Counted from the stretch's first letter, positions 38,248 through 47,599 are shown. The stretch is DNA of 64,000 nt from Candidatus Doudnabacteria bacterium (GCA_031291995.1 JARLHZ010000025.1:91965-155964); one strand, 5' to 3'. The notes: generated from the sequence alone by a model not told the origin. Numbers and translations: made by a program.

Positions 38248-39020
38248 ACAAACCCTTAATCACAAAAGTTCCGGAAATTACGGCTTACTTCTGGATCATC
38301 AAAGTCTTAACTACCGGCATGGGAGAAACCACCTCGGACTACCTGGTCCGCCAGATCAACCCAGTAATCGCCGTCGCTCTTGGTTTTATTGGCTTGGTCA
38401 TTGCGCTTATGCTGCAATTTTCGGCTCGCCGGTATGTAACATGGATTTACTGGTTAGCAGTTATTATGGTTGCGGTTTTCGGCACCATGGCTGCTGATGT
38501 TTTGCATATTGTTTTAGGCATTCCATACCTTGTGTCTGCCATATTCTTTACCATTGTGCTGGTTATTATCTTCGCGGTCTGGTACAAAAGTGAAAATACT
38601 TTATCCATCCACAGCATTAACACCACTCGCCGTGAAGTATTTTACTGGGCCACGGTGCTGACTACATTTGCGCTGGGAACAGCAGTGGGCGATATGACCG
38701 CGACAACCATGCACCTGGGCTACTTCTCATCGGGCGTATTATTTTTATTCCTAATTGCAGTAGTCACCGCTGCTCACTATATTGCCAAAGCTATCTTAGG
38801 CGCCGAACATCGCCGCATGAGTTCAAATGCGGTTTTAGCCTTCTGGTTAGCCTATATCTTAACCCGGCCCTTAGGCGCTTCATTTGCGGATTGGATCGGC
38901 GTGCCGGCCAGCAGGAGCGGCCTTGGATGGGGCACTGGGCCAGTCAGCTTGGTCTTATTGGTTATTATAATTTGTTTCGTAGGCTATCTGACCGTCAGCC
39001 GTAAGGATGTTAAAAGCTAG
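38244..39020 (+). CDS. COG4705/DUF347 membrane protein (second paralogue)
   Basis: KVPEITAYFWIIK..TTGMGET; LTRPLGAS. Confidence 0.9.
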   Translation: MNKPLITKVPEITAYFWIIKVLTTGMGETTSDYLVRQINPVIAVALGFIGLVIALMLQFSARRYVTWIYWLAVIMVAVFGTMAADVLHIVLGIPYLVSAIFFTIVLVIIFAVWYKSENTLSIHSINTTRREVFYWATVLTTFALGTAVGDMTATTMHLGYFSSGVLFLFLIAVVTAAHYIAKAILGAEHRRMSSNAVLAFWLAYILTRPLGASFADWIGVPASRSGLGWGTGPVSLVLLVIIICFVGYLTVSRKDVKS

Positions 39021-39029
39021 TATGATATC

Positions 39030-39653
39030 TTATGCATTCCTGCACGCGTCAAACAGCGGCACTATATTATGAAAGTGCTGTGCTATTAGTCCATTAATAA
39101 AGCAGGGTATTGCATCATGTGCCGGAATAAAGGCCGCGGCTCCTATACCAGCTACCGCTACCACCAGAGTTAATACATTAGTGCGAATAAATTCCAAACT
39201 TGCCACGTCCGACGTCTGTTTTTGCTGAAATAAGTTATTTACCAGTGGCACCAAGTTCATAAAGAAAGCTCCCATTGGCAGGATTATTAAAATAAATGGA
39301 GCCAGTCCTAGGTGGCCGGCAAGAATATGCTGGCCGATAAAGTTATTAGCGGGGAAGTGAAATAAAGTTCCCAGCATAGCCGCCAAAACCAAAAGAGTGA
39401 AAGGCACCAGCATGGCAACTCCCCATAACGCCAATTTGAATTGCAAAGATGATTTTTCCATAAAATCTTTAATGTTAATTATGAGGACGCTGATAAAAAA
39501 GTCCGGCAGGACGCGGAGCCAGGTTTTTACCAGACCGTAATCTTTTATTAGCTCGTCAAATGTCTGCCGCATTTCCAGACCGTGCTGCTTCTGGAAATCC
39601 ATAGGGTAGAAGTTTATCAGTAGGCTATAGATTTTTTGTGGAAGTTTTTCCAT
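39030..39653 (-). CDS. PadR-associated membrane protein
   Basis: LLINFYPMDFQKQHGLEM N-terminus followed by TM helices. Confidence 0.7.
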   Translation of the reverse strand: MEKLPQKIYSLLINFYPMDFQKQHGLEMRQTFDELIKDYGLVKTWLRVLPDFFISVLIINIKDFMEKSSLQFKLALWGVAMLVPFTLLVLAAMLGTLFHFPANNFIGQHILAGHLGLAPFILIILPMGAFFMNLVPLVNNLFQQKQTSDVASLEFIRTNVLTLVVAVAGIGAAAFIPAHDAIPCFINGLIAQHFHNIVPLFDACRNA

Positions 39654-39660
39654 ATAAAGT

Positions 39661-40008
39661 TTAGACCTTAATTGACGGCATCAACTCCAATTTCTTGGCC
39701 ACCTTTATTGCAGACTGATAACGCTCCAATTCCCCGCCTATGGCCTTAGTACCCAGCTTCGTGATGCGGTAATATTTCCGGCGTTCTTCATCCTTGGCGT
39801 GGCCGTCAGCTTCTTCTACCAACTTATCTTTAAGCATTCGCTGGATGCTGCCGTATAGAGTGCCGGGACCCATCTTTATTTTGTTTTGGCTGTCTTCAAC
39901 CACCTGCTTCATAATGCCGTAGCCGTGTAGGTCTTGGCGTGATAAAGCCAAAAGAATATAAAATACCGCTGGAGTTAAGTTTTCAGATTGGTCATTAATG
40001 TTGTTCAT
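39661..40008 (-). CDS. PadR family transcriptional regulator
   Basis: HGYGIM, GPGTLYGSI.R, RRKYYRIT. Confidence 0.93.
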   Translation of the reverse strand: MNNINDQSENLTPAVFYILLALSRQDLHGYGIMKQVVEDSQNKIKMGPGTLYGSIQRMLKDKLVEEADGHAKDEERRKYYRITKLGTKAIGGELERYQSAIKVAKKLELMPSIKV

Positions 40009-40014
40009 ACATAT

Positions 40015-40043
40015 AGTATATATCCGCTACGGATATATGTCAA
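40015..40043 (-). promoter_or_regulatory. PadR gene promoter with palindromic operator
   Basis: TTGACA-17-TATACT overlapping ATATATCCG-cta-CGGATATAT. Confidence 0.7.
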
Positions 40044-40094
40044 GAGTTGGAGTTCGTGGTATTCTTACATTAAGATACTTAAAATTTATCTTAC

Positions 40095-40385
40095 ATGAAT
40101 TCAATAATAAAAAAACCTAGTGCATGGATTCCTATAGCATTATCAGTTATTGTTATTGGCTTGTGGGTGTTTGCTTTTTCATTTGGTGCTACTCCTAGTC
40201 GGCAACCAGACGAGGGCACAGCGGCTCACCTCTTCCAAATTTGGTTAGTTTTAGAAGTGTTGCTGTTAGGCTTCTTTGCTGTTAAGTGGCTGCCCAAGAT
40301 GCCAAAGCAAGCTGTTTGGGTTTTGGCCATACAAATTATCTTAGTGCTCGCGGGATGTTTCCCCGTTTACTACTTCAAGCTATAA
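40095..40385 (+). CDS. small membrane protein
   Basis: DEGTAAHLFQIW; three TMs. Confidence 0.75.
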   Translation: MNSIIKKPSAWIPIALSVIVIGLWVFAFSFGATPSRQPDEGTAAHLFQIWLVLEVLLLGFFAVKWLPKMPKQAVWVLAIQIILVLAGCFPVYYFKL

Positions 40386-40407
40386 CTTGGTATTTGCAAA
40401 AATAATT

Positions 40408-40899
40408 ATGAAGTTAGCCTTAATCATAATCGGATCAGCTTTGGCCAGCGTGGCAATTATCTCCTACCTACTGAATTTATTTGTCCGCAAAGCTTTAAAG
40501 AATGATAATGACCTTCTCGCCCGAACACTGGTCGGACTTTTAACTCTGCAATTCATCCTAGGAATGTTGGCTAATTTATTCGTCAAAATTCCCGATACCC
40601 AGGCTTATGACGTTTGGCACCACCTGGGGCCGATAGAATTCCACTCCATAAATGCGTTGGTGCTCGTTATCCTCTCGGTTATTTTTCTTGTCCGCGCCGT
40701 CAAAAATAGCAGCTCCGTAATTATTGCAACAATTTCTCTAATCAGTATACTAATAGCCACCTACAGCGGTATTGCCTTCGTTCTAACCGGGCAAGCTAAC
40801 GCGTACTCATTTATTATGTCGATGGGCTTTATCGTAGCGTTCTTGCTTTATGCCCGGAAAGGATTTTCTAACTTTAAAGCTTCCTCAAAGTTAGTTTAA
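40408..40899 (+). CDS. membrane protein
   Basis: Multi-TM ORF; ATG at 40408. Confidence 0.65.
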   Translation: MKLALIIIGSALASVAIISYLLNLFVRKALKNDNDLLARTLVGLLTLQFILGMLANLFVKIPDTQAYDVWHHLGPIEFHSINALVLVILSVIFLVRAVKNSSSVIIATISLISILIATYSGIAFVLTGQANAYSFIMSMGFIVAFLLYARKGFSNFKASSKLV

Positions 40900-40916
40900 A
40901 ATTAAACAACAACTTT

Positions 40917-41270
40917 ATGATCAAAACTGAAATAAAAGATAATATTTTGCATCTTTATGTGGAAGGCGCTGACAAAATTTGGGCTTTTAAAAGCCAGCTT
41001 AGTATCCCGCTTAAGCACATCACCGGCATAAGACTAGACGAAGAGATTGTTAATAAATGGTGGCGCGGTTTAAAACTGCCCGGTGTTAACATTCCTTATG
41101 TTATTACGGCAGGCACTTTTTACCATGACGGCAAAAGGATATTTTGGGACATTCATCACCCAAAGCAGGCCATCATTCTTTCCCTGGCAGATGAAAAATA
41201 TAGCGAGCTTGTTATTGAAGTGGAAAATCCTGAAATGTTTATGCAAGAAATTCAGCAAGCCATTAAATAG
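40917..41270 (+). CDS. hypothetical protein (bacterial PH-like domain)
   Basis: IPLKHI...PG.NIP...AGTFY...FWD. Confidence 0.7.
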   Translation: MIKTEIKDNILHLYVEGADKIWAFKSQLSIPLKHITGIRLDEEIVNKWWRGLKLPGVNIPYVITAGTFYHDGKRIFWDIHHPKQAIILSLADEKYSELVIEVENPEMFMQEIQQAIK

Positions 41271-41293
41271 ATTAAGCTTGAAATTAAGTTTTT

Positions 41294-41569
41294 ATGATCC
41301 TAAAAAATAAAGCGCTAATAATCGTAATATCCTTAGCCCTTCTGCTAGTTGTCATTTTTGGCATTTACGAAATGTACGTAACAGACAAAGCCCATAAAAC
41401 TTTTGAGAACTATTATGCTTTTAGGGGATGTACCCAGTTAATTAGCAGAACAGCGGATTCCGGATTATGCAAAACTGACTCCGGTCAAACCATTAAGATC
41501 GTCAAATTTAACAATCAGTGGTATCTCGACGGCGACCTGCCGATGTGCTGGAATAATATTTGCTTTTAA
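41294..41569 (+). CDS. small exported Cys-containing protein
   Basis: TM followed by FENYYAFRGC...WYLDGDLP. Confidence 0.7.
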   Translation: MILKNKALIIVISLALLLVVIFGIYEMYVTDKAHKTFENYYAFRGCTQLISRTADSGLCKTDSGQTIKIVKFNNQWYLDGDLPMCWNNICF

Positions 41570-41572
41570 TTT

Positions 41573-42166
41573 ATGCCAAGTATTTACACGATAATTGCAT
41601 ACTGGTCATGGATTGCCATACTTTTAGTGTGGCTGCCCGGTTATTTTACAGGCAAACGCACGATTAGAAGACCAAACCCGATTCGCCGGGTCATAGCCTA
41701 TGCTTTACTTATTGCCGGCTACATGTTTTTGTTTTCCCATTCAGGGTCTGGTTCTGCGGCGGAAGCATTCTTGGGCATTCCCAGTATTCAGATTACGCCG
41801 GACACGGCTATTTTTGGGATAATAGGACTCGCGATTGATTTAGTTGCGATTGCCTTCGCGATTTGGGCAAGGATTACTCTTGGCAGCAACTGGTCAAATG
41901 CTATAGCTTTAAAAGAAAATCATGAGTTGGTACAGAAAGGCCCTTACGGGATAGTGCACCACCCTATTTATACCGGCTTATTGTTTGCGGCGTTTGGTAC
42001 GGCTATGACTATTGGCCGGCTGACGGATTATATTGGTATTATTTGTATCCTTGTCGCGGTTCTTATCCGCATCCACGACGAAGACGTTCTAATGGCCGAG
42101 CAGTTTCCGGAATCTCATTCGGCTTATCGGCAACAAACCAAGAAGCTGGTTCCGTTTATTTGGTAA
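41573..42166 (+). CDS. isoprenylcysteine carboxylmethyltransferase family protein
   Basis: LGSNWS, HELVQKGPYGIVHHPIYTG. Confidence 0.88.
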   Translation: MPSIYTIIAYWSWIAILLVWLPGYFTGKRTIRRPNPIRRVIAYALLIAGYMFLFSHSGSGSAAEAFLGIPSIQITPDTAIFGIIGLAIDLVAIAFAIWARITLGSNWSNAIALKENHELVQKGPYGIVHHPIYTGLLFAAFGTAMTIGRLTDYIGIICILVAVLIRIHDEDVLMAEQFPESHSAYRQQTKKLVPFIW

Positions 42167-42191
42167 AAATATAATACTCTATCGCGCACCT

Positions 42192-42596
42192 ATGAACAAA
42201 GCAAAAAATGTAGATGAATACATTACTAGAACCCCAAAGGAAGGGCAAGGCAAGCTGAAACAGCTTCGTGCGCTTATCAAAAAGATTGCTCCGGATGCGG
42301 AAGAACGAATCAGTTACGGGATGCCATTCTACGATTACAAAGGGCGGCTGGTTTATTTTGCCGCCATGCGAGGGTATATTGGACTTTACATTCCTCCGCC
42401 CATAATTGCCGATCATGCTAAGGAATTAAAGATATACGTGACCACCAAGTCCGCAATACACTTACCTCCTACAAAACTTCCCTTCGCTCTTATCAAAAAG
42501 AAAAAGAAAAAGGGTCAGGAGCAATTATCCCGAAATGCGCAAATCAAAAAATACCCTTGCGGGTATTTTTTACATGCAACCGTTCTTAACGGCTAA
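42192..42596 (+). CDS. DUF1801/YdhG family protein, C-terminus apparently replaced
   Basis: VDEYI, APDAEERISYGMP; after LIKK the frame runs into unrelated sequence and the RNA-repeat terminator. Confidence 0.75.
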   Translation: MNKAKNVDEYITRTPKEGQGKLKQLRALIKKIAPDAEERISYGMPFYDYKGRLVYFAAMRGYIGLYIPPPIIADHAKELKIYVTTKSAIHLPPTKLPFALIKKKKKKGQEQLSRNAQIKKYPCGYFLHATVLNG

Positions 42597-42697
42597 ATAG
42601 TGATTAGAAAAGCTTAAACATTACTGCTTAAACGTACAACACCTAATGTTCACGTCACAAATTGTTTCAAGAAGCGCTAATTTTCGAAAAAATTAAC
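42544..42697 (-). ncRNA. candidate structured RNA, copy 1 (3' half only), directly downstream of the HATPase gene
   Basis: Homologous to 43842-43999; UUCG and GUAA hairpins, invariant 25-mer, terminator. Confidence 0.6.
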
Positions 42698-42704
42698 TTA
42701 CTTT

Positions 42705-43751
42705 TTAATTTGTAGGTTTTTCTACTCTGTCGACCATAAATTTGACCGCCTCATTGGTATTTGTTGATTCGATAATAATATTTGGGTGTTTGGTTTGGAA
42801 TACTCGATAAATTTCGTCTACAAAAGCTTGTCCGACCGTCGGTACCTTATCGTAGTCAAAAACAATATGTCTAAATTTTTCAAGACCAGTCAGCACTCTC
42901 CTAGCTTGAGATCTCGAAACATAAATCGTCCCCATGGTATAAAGTTTTACCTGGACTTTAGTCTTGTCAAAATTTGGTTCATTCGGATCGGATGAAAAAG
43001 CTTTAAAGGTATCGCTTAAATGTTTTGTAGTATCTAGCGATATTTTAAAGGTAACGCGGGTGCCCTTTTTCAGACGCGGCAGTTCTCCAACAAAAATATC
43101 GGGAATGAGGTTATCTATCCTAAGCCGAAACTCAAAGCTTTCCAAGCTAAAAACATCTGCGACCTTGGAAGTGAAAAAAATCCCTTCGCCTGAATGAGCC
43201 TGTGGCTCAGTGGTAGTTTTTCCTTTCAGTAAATCTTGGATAGCTTCCAGTTCCGATTTTAGTCCGCGTTTTCTCATGACATTTTTAAATACGCCTACAC
43301 CAAAATCACTCACAACAAAGCAGAGGTTATTGTCTTCTTTTGCAACCTCAATTTCTATAAATTTTGACTTGGAATGTTCAATTGCATTATTTAGCATTTC
43401 AGAAAAAGCGTAATCAAAAATGCTGCGAATGCTTTCTTCAGCTTTAACGATGAACGGCAAGCGTCGGTTAATATCATTTAAAACCTCGTGTTCTTTTAAG
43501 GAGCTATTGCTGAGACGCAGTTTGATTTTATTGCCCAAGCTTTCCTGTGCCTCATCCTGTTTTCCTGGCAACACATAAAACGTGTTGGTGGTCTGACCTA
43601 CCCTCACGATCTTTCCTTCTTGGGCTAGACTGTTCAGCACTCTGCTCACATACTGCCTGGAGTACTGATTCTTTAAGGCTGTTACGGTATCACTGGTTTT
43701 AAGCCGTTTTTTCTCCTCTATTAGCCTTAATATGGTCTTTTTTATATCCAT
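42705..43751 (-). CDS. wHTH + HATPase + DUF4325 (STAS-like) protein
   Basis: SRQYVSRVL HTH; EMLNNAIEHS, D.GVG, HSGEGIFF; SRSQARRV...GQAFVDEIYRVF. Confidence 0.85.
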   Translation of the reverse strand: MDIKKTILRLIEEKKRLKTSDTVTALKNQYSRQYVSRVLNSLAQEGKIVRVGQTTNTFYVLPGKQDEAQESLGNKIKLRLSNSSLKEHEVLNDINRRLPFIVKAEESIRSIFDYAFSEMLNNAIEHSKSKFIEIEVAKEDNNLCFVVSDFGVGVFKNVMRKRGLKSELEAIQDLLKGKTTTEPQAHSGEGIFFTSKVADVFSLESFEFRLRIDNLIPDIFVGELPRLKKGTRVTFKISLDTTKHLSDTFKAFSSDPNEPNFDKTKVQVKLYTMGTIYVSRSQARRVLTGLEKFRHIVFDYDKVPTVGQAFVDEIYRVFQTKHPNIIIESTNTNEAVKFMVDRVEKPTN

Positions 43752-43755
43752 ATAT

Positions 43756-43829
43756 CTTGTAAACTAGTTAAATATTCTTGTAAACTAATTGTAAACCATA
43801 ATTTAAATCTTGTCAACCCGTTGTAAACT
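43756..43829 (-). promoter_or_regulatory. sigma70 promoter overlapped by helically phased TTGTAAAC repeats
   Basis: TTGACA-17-TACAAT on minus strand; TTGTAAAC x4 plus TTGTCAAC at about 11- or 22-bp spacing. Confidence 0.7.
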
Positions 43830-43841
43830 TGCGCTCAGACA

Positions 43842-44140
43842 TCAAAAAAACCACCCGTGAGGGTGGTTTTTACATGCGATTTTAACCTTTAACGGCTAAA
43901 TAGTGATTAGAAATAGTTAAGCATTACTGCCTAACAGCACAACACCGAATGTAATGCGTCAAAGTTGATTCAAGAACGCTAATTTTCGAAAAAATTAACG
44001 ACGACCTATGGAATGTACACCAACAGTAACTTCGAAAAGTTACAGGATGTATATTTTATTCCTTAGAAAGGAGGTGTTACCGAGCCAACTTGACGCAATT
44101 TAACACTGTGTCAACAATAGGAATAATTTTTAATCTGCTA
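43842..44140 (-). ncRNA. candidate ~300-nt structured ncRNA, copy 2 (full length)
   Basis: TTGCCA-17-TAAAAT promoter (44174-44146), no ORF in the track, multiple tetraloop hairpins, CACCUCCUUUCU motif, terminator near 43843-43871. Confidence 0.65.
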
Positions 44141-44295
44141 CCTGTATTTTAACGCTGAACCAAACTTATGGCAAGGCCGCACCACGCTTGGCTTAGTGCC
44201 AGTAGTATGCTCTGGCTAATAAAACAAAAACAGCCCTGCAAGAGAGCTGTTTTTTGAAATTATTGTTGCACCCTCGTAAGGATGATTTTAACACA

Positions 44296-44605
44296 CTATT
44301 GTGGCATACTTTCCAACTTCATAAACTCTTCAAAGGGAATATCCTTACCACCGACAGCAATAACAGCATCGGAAACAGTATTCATACCCGAGCCTCCTAC
44401 CCACTCCTCGCCGACAATCTTGCCCATAACTTTTGCTTTTAATCTTTCAAAATCACCATCGCTTAACGGAGCCTCTTGGCTATTAGTTCGTGATCCATTA
44501 TTAACTTTAAACTTTAGCACAACATTTATAGGTTGTTTTTGCTTTTCTGCGTCTTCCAAACTCAATACCTCGGCTTGATAATCAACAACTGCTTCCGGAG
44601 GAGTT
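44296..44605 (-). pseudogene. hypothetical protein, 5' end removed at the IS3 boundary
   Basis: The ORF's apparent start lies inside the IS terminal repeat; terminator follows near 44227-44255. Confidence 0.5.
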
Positions 44606-44651
44606 TGTAAGGTACCCATTTCTTTAGACACCTTGTAAGCGGTTTTTTAGG

Positions 44652-45491
44652 TTAAGTTAATGATACTTGATTTCGCTGCCGGTCGGCAAATGCTGACGGC
44701 GGCATTTTTAATGATGTGTGGATTCTGTAGTGATTGTAGCTATGGATAAGGAGGTAGATTTCGGCGGTCAGTTCCCCTAAGGTCTTAAACCTCCCCGGAT
44801 CACCTAAGTCAGTTTTAAACTTACCATAGAACGATTCCTGGTAGCCGTTTTCCCAAGGGCTGGATTTACGACTCATGGAAATTGTAATGCCGGCTTGTTC
44901 TGCAAGCCCGCAGTAAGTTTGAGACTTGTATTCCTGTCCTTGGTCGGAATGCAGGTATTTGGCGGCTGGGTGTTTTTCTAAAGCGTCAATTAAAGCCAGT
45001 AAAATTAACTGGCTGCTATGCGCGGTCCAGACTGACCAGCCGACAACCTCTCTGGTAAATAAATCTATTATCGTCGCCAGATAAACAAACCGGCCGTGGA
45101 ATGGTATGTAGGTAAAGTCACTGACCCAGACAATGCCTTCATGTTCAGGGAACGGAATCAGCAATAACCAATTCTGGTAGGGTGCGACAATTTGTCCTAA
45201 ATCCCGCTTCTTTGTTAGCTTTTTACCCCTCCTACGATAAGGCTTAATGCCAAACAGCTTCATGACGCGCCGGACTCTTTTTTTGTTTACTCCCAATACC
45301 GGAGCTAATCGTTTGTGGCCATAGCTTGGGTGGTCATGGAGGGTTTGTTCAATGCGGATTTTAAGAAGCCAGTCTTTTTGAGGAAGTGCCGGTTCGTAAT
45401 ACAGGCTGGCCCTACTGACTCCCAGACTTTTAGCCAATTCGGTCTTAGTCGGATTTTCAAGGTGCATAGACTCAGCCAGCTCCTTAACCAA
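44652..45491 (-). CDS. IS3 transposase OrfB (DDE)
   Basis: YGHKRL, WVSDFTYI, HSDQG, ENGYQESF. Confidence 0.93.
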   Translation of the reverse strand: MVKELAESMHLENPTKTELAKSLGVSRASLYYEPALPQKDWLLKIRIEQTLHDHPSYGHKRLAPVLGVNKKRVRRVMKLFGIKPYRRRGKKLTKKRDLGQIVAPYQNWLLLIPFPEHEGIVWVSDFTYIPFHGRFVYLATIIDLFTREVVGWSVWTAHSSQLILLALIDALEKHPAAKYLHSDQGQEYKSQTYCGLAEQAGITISMSRKSSPWENGYQESFYGKFKTDLGDPGRFKTLGELTAEIYLLIHSYNHYRIHTSLKMPPSAFADRQRNQVSLT

Positions 45492-45750
45492 GTTCCTTTT
45501 TTTCCGCCAATGACAGTTTGACTGTCAGTCGGCCGATAATCTCGTGCAGGGTTTGGTTCTCCCGCTTTAGTCGGGACAGTTCAATCACCGAGGGCGGCGC
45601 GGTAACTCCCTTGGCTATCCAGCCGTAGATAGTCTGGGTGGACAAGCCATGTTCCTCGGCGGCTTGGGTGACACTGACGCCTTCTTCCTTAATGCGTTTT
45701 AAAATTTGCTGTTTGACTTCCAGGCTGACTTTGTATTTGCCTTTGGGCAT
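45484..45750 (-). CDS. IS3 transposase OrfA with A-AAA-AAG -1 frameshift site
   Basis: HTH plus zipper (LSRLKREN); GAAAAAAAGG near 45495-45504. Confidence 0.88.
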   Translation of the reverse strand: MPKGKYKVSLEVKQQILKRIKEEGVSVTQAAEEHGLSTQTIYGWIAKGVTAPPSVIELSRLKRENQTLHEIIGRLTVKLSLAEKKELG

Positions 45751-45814
45751 AGTTAGAAATTCCTTTCTAACCTAATTATACCTCAGACTAAGTGTCTTAA
45801 ATTTGGGGTACCGG

Positions 45815-47005
45815 TCATAATTTGGTTTGATATTGTTTGTGAGTAGCGCGTTTCCATTCCATTTCTACTTGATATTTTCTGGATTGCAGAATATTTTGAT
45901 GTTCGTCTTGAGTAAAATGCACCTGGCCATTTTTGTCTACGCCAAAATGCTCCAGATAAATATCGTAATCGGACAAATAAAAGTCTGGTTTATATTGTCT
46001 GTATTCGCTATTGGAAGTTTTGTACTTATACGGAGCTTCGTATTGGTAATTAACGCCGTTAACACATAAAAAGTTGGCAACCATTACTTCCTGCTGGCTT
46101 TTTACCAATTCTTTTTTTAAAGTAAGATTCTGCTTGGTTTTAACATATTTATAATAGTCATCCAGATTTTTAAAGCCGGGCTTTAAAATTACCGGCTTAA
46201 AATAATAAGCAAAGTATTCCACTGCCCGCTGTAGATAGCTAGGGTTTTTTAGTAGCAAGCTAAATTGTTCGTCAAGAAAATTTTGTCTGGCTGTACTGCT
46301 AGGAAAAGCCAGATCCGGCCTTTGGTCAAGAGCTTTGCCAATAACTGACAAGCCAAAGCTATGGAAAGTTTGGGCTTTAACGCTGTTTTCCCCGAATTTT
46401 TTACTTATCCTATCGGCCAATTCTTCTACGGCCCTGCCGGTAAAAGACAAAAGCAAAATATCTTCCGGTTTAATTTTTACCCGCTCCAAGATGTATGCTA
46501 ATTTGCCCATTATGGTAGTTGTCTTGCCGGTGCCTGCGCCAGCTACTAATAATGTGTTGTCTTCGTCCGAAGCAATGGCCGTAACTTGGTCCTTGTTATT
46601 TTGGATTTGTTTCGCGCTTAGTATTTGCTTAATGGTAGACGATTCACGCTGAACAAAGTTTTCGTTAAATTTGTCAATAAACAGTTCCCTGCCTTTGTTA
46701 TAAAAGTCCGCAAAGTCGGTAACCAGTTTTTTAAATTGATCCCGCGTTTTAACTTTATACAATAACGGACTGAACATTTCGGCCAGATATTGATATTTGG
46801 TTTTCCACAACCGATATTGTCGATTGCTAATATACCAATTTTGCCTGCTTAAGCCGTTAAATTCGCCCAAGGCGTTCTTAAACTCCGGCTCGTGCTTCTT
46901 TAAGGCTAATAACAAATTAAGCGAGCGCCTATTTTTTAGGAACTCGCTAAATTCATAGGCTCCAAATATTAAAATGGCAATTATTAATACGGAAAAAAAT
47001 AACAT
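45815..47005 (-). pseudogene. UvrD/helicase IV-like SF1 helicase truncated by IS3
   Basis: AGAGTGKT, LSFT..A..E, TFHSFG; motif II onward absent; stop codon supplied by the IS end. Confidence 0.85.
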
Positions 47006-47018
47006 AAATATTTACATT

Positions 47019-47300
47019 CTAAATCTTTTCAGTATGTTTGCATTTTGGATAGCTTGTACAACCATAAAATTCTCCAAACTTGCCGGAACGTATTTGCATT
47101 GGACTGCCGCAAGCAGAGCAAATTTTGTCAGTCGAGTTTTCCGAAACCGTACCATTTTTTAATTTATTCTTGCGTTTTAAATAGTCTAAAAAATCCGGTG
47201 CTAATTCGGCAATAATATAAAAAACAGCCAAAACAATTAGCCAAGGCCAAAAAGTTTTTAACACCGACCAAAATATATTACCAACAAAATCAGGTTGCAT
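47019..47300 (-). CDS. TM + topoisomerase-type C4 zinc finger protein
   Basis: CSACGSPMQIRSGKFGEFYGCTSYPKC. Confidence 0.8.
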   Translation of the reverse strand: MQPDFVGNIFWSVLKTFWPWLIVLAVFYIIAELAPDFLDYLKRKNKLKNGTVSENSTDKICSACGSPMQIRSGKFGEFYGCTSYPKCKHTEKI

Positions 47301-47599
47301 AAGTCACCTTAATTAATTGCTCGGCCAATTGTTCCTTTAGCCCGTCTTCTTCCACTTCCATTCTTATTTCGTCCTCTAAATCTTCAAGTGGCATAGGTTT
47401 TAACTACTTGATCTACCTTTTCCGGTTGTAATTATTTCCAAGGCTAAATAAGGCCCAAATGAAACCAACCAGGGTTAAGAAAACCGCGAGCCCTTTATGC
47501 CCGGTTTTAAAAAGAGCGTATATTAAGCAACAAAATGCTACAAAAAGTATGAAGTCTAACATTGGAGAATAATTACAATTTTAATGGCACAAAAGCCTT

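Larger units (their letters stand above)
44606..45817 (-). mobile_element. IS3-family insertion sequence (1212 bp), no TSD
   Basis: 26-bp imperfect TIR TGtaaGGTACCCatttcTTtAGACAC / TGaccGGTACCCcaaatTTaAGACAC; flanks GAGTT and TAATT do not match. Confidence 0.88.

Noticed and set aside
40095-42596. Run of small co-oriented ORFs as an integron cassette array
   Set aside because: Gaps are too short for attC sites and there is no integron integrase in the window
42544-44140. Repeated RNA as tracrRNA, CRISPR array, tmRNA, RNase P or 6S RNA
   Set aside because: No cas genes or repeat-spacer array; no tRNA-like ends or RNase P consensus recognised
44090-44152. 20-aa plus-strand peptide after AGAAAGGAGGTG as a type I toxin
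   Set aside because: The TTG start is about 13 nt from the SD core and no plus-strand promoter or terminator is evident; kept only as an alternative explanation
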